In this document: positions 63,719-64,000 of the stretch, piece by piece | Numbering within the stretch: the first letter of the stretch is position 1 | Layout: every line of letters begins with the position of its first letter | Source of the DNA: a virus | IMG/VR virus record: IMGVR_UViG_2974715202_000001 | Direction: 5' to 3' (one strand) | Length of the DNA stretch: 64,000 nt | Made by a program: the position numbers and the translations under genes | Notes under the pieces: model-generated | Seen by the model: the letters and a program-made list of their open reading frames with translations, nothing else | Databases searched by the model: none | What the model was told of the DNA's origin: nothing

Positions 63719-63782
63719 GTTTCGATGAGATGACTATACCTCAGTCATCTCATCGAGTAAAGCACTTCTGAGGAATTATCTG
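63719..63782 (-). promoter_or_regulatory. Early promoter embedded in a perfect 13-bp inverted repeat
   Basis: TTTACT (63756-63761), 17 nt, TATAGT (63733-63738); IR 63723-63735 / 63743-63755. Confidence 0.8.
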
Positions 63783-63964
63783 AAATTTCTGGAAGCCAGG
63801 AATTGTCGCCAGAGCCAGTCAACGTGATCGTTGAGGTAGCGCTCGCCATCGGAAGACAGAGCCAGGCATCCATCCTTTATGCCGAGCTTGGAGCCGGCAA
63901 TCCATTCGAACTCGAACTGGAGCGTTCCTGGGCGAGGGACATGGGACATGATGTACTTTTGCAC
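63776..63964 (-). CDS. Hypothetical protein, 62 aa, GTG start
   Basis: RBS GAGGA upstream. Confidence 0.55.
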   Translation of the reverse strand: MQKYIMSHVPRPGTLQFEFEWIAGSKLGIKDGCLALSSDGERYLNDHVDWLWRQFLASRNFR

Positions 63965-63966
63965 GG

Positions 63967-64000
63967 TCAGTAGTCCTCGAAAGGATTCATGTTGGCGATG
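63967..64000 (-). CDS. 3' end of a gene truncated by the window (…IANMNPFEDY*)
   Basis: Frame is open to the window edge; stop at 63967-63969. Confidence 0.35.
   Translation of the reverse strand, partial: IANMNPFEDY

Overview
The window is almost the whole genome of a lytic myovirus. Gene order and protein signatures match PB1-like Pseudomonas aeruginosa phages (Pbunavirus). This assignment is from recognition only; no search was run. Layout: (1) 3' part of terL at 1-1019; (2) a leftward block of small early/accessory genes at 1-7.4 kb; (3) the rightward virion operon at 7.5-34.1 kb, with portal, head, contractile tail, tape measure carrying a lytic transglycosylase, baseplate, tail fibre and GH19 endolysin; (4) a leftward replication/nucleotide block at 34.6-51.3 kb, with ligase, MazG-like protein, holin, SSB-like protein, SNF2 helicase, DnaE, DEDDh exonuclease, HAD fusion, divergent ThyX, FAD oxidoreductase and RecD-like helicase; (5) rightward primase and VapE-like helicase genes; (6) a 1-kb non-coding region followed by terS; (7) a second leftward early block. 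I saw no integrase, tRNA, CRISPR array or IS. Most notable: a candidate DNA-modification pathway built on a ThyX with altered catalytic motifs; two homologous origin-like non-coding elements 46 kb apart; a G9 slippage tract controlling how the baseplate-J gene is translated; two promoters embedded in covarying 13-bp inverted repeats; a portal fused to an InPase-like domain; and three single-base lesions in accessory genes that the ORF track hides.
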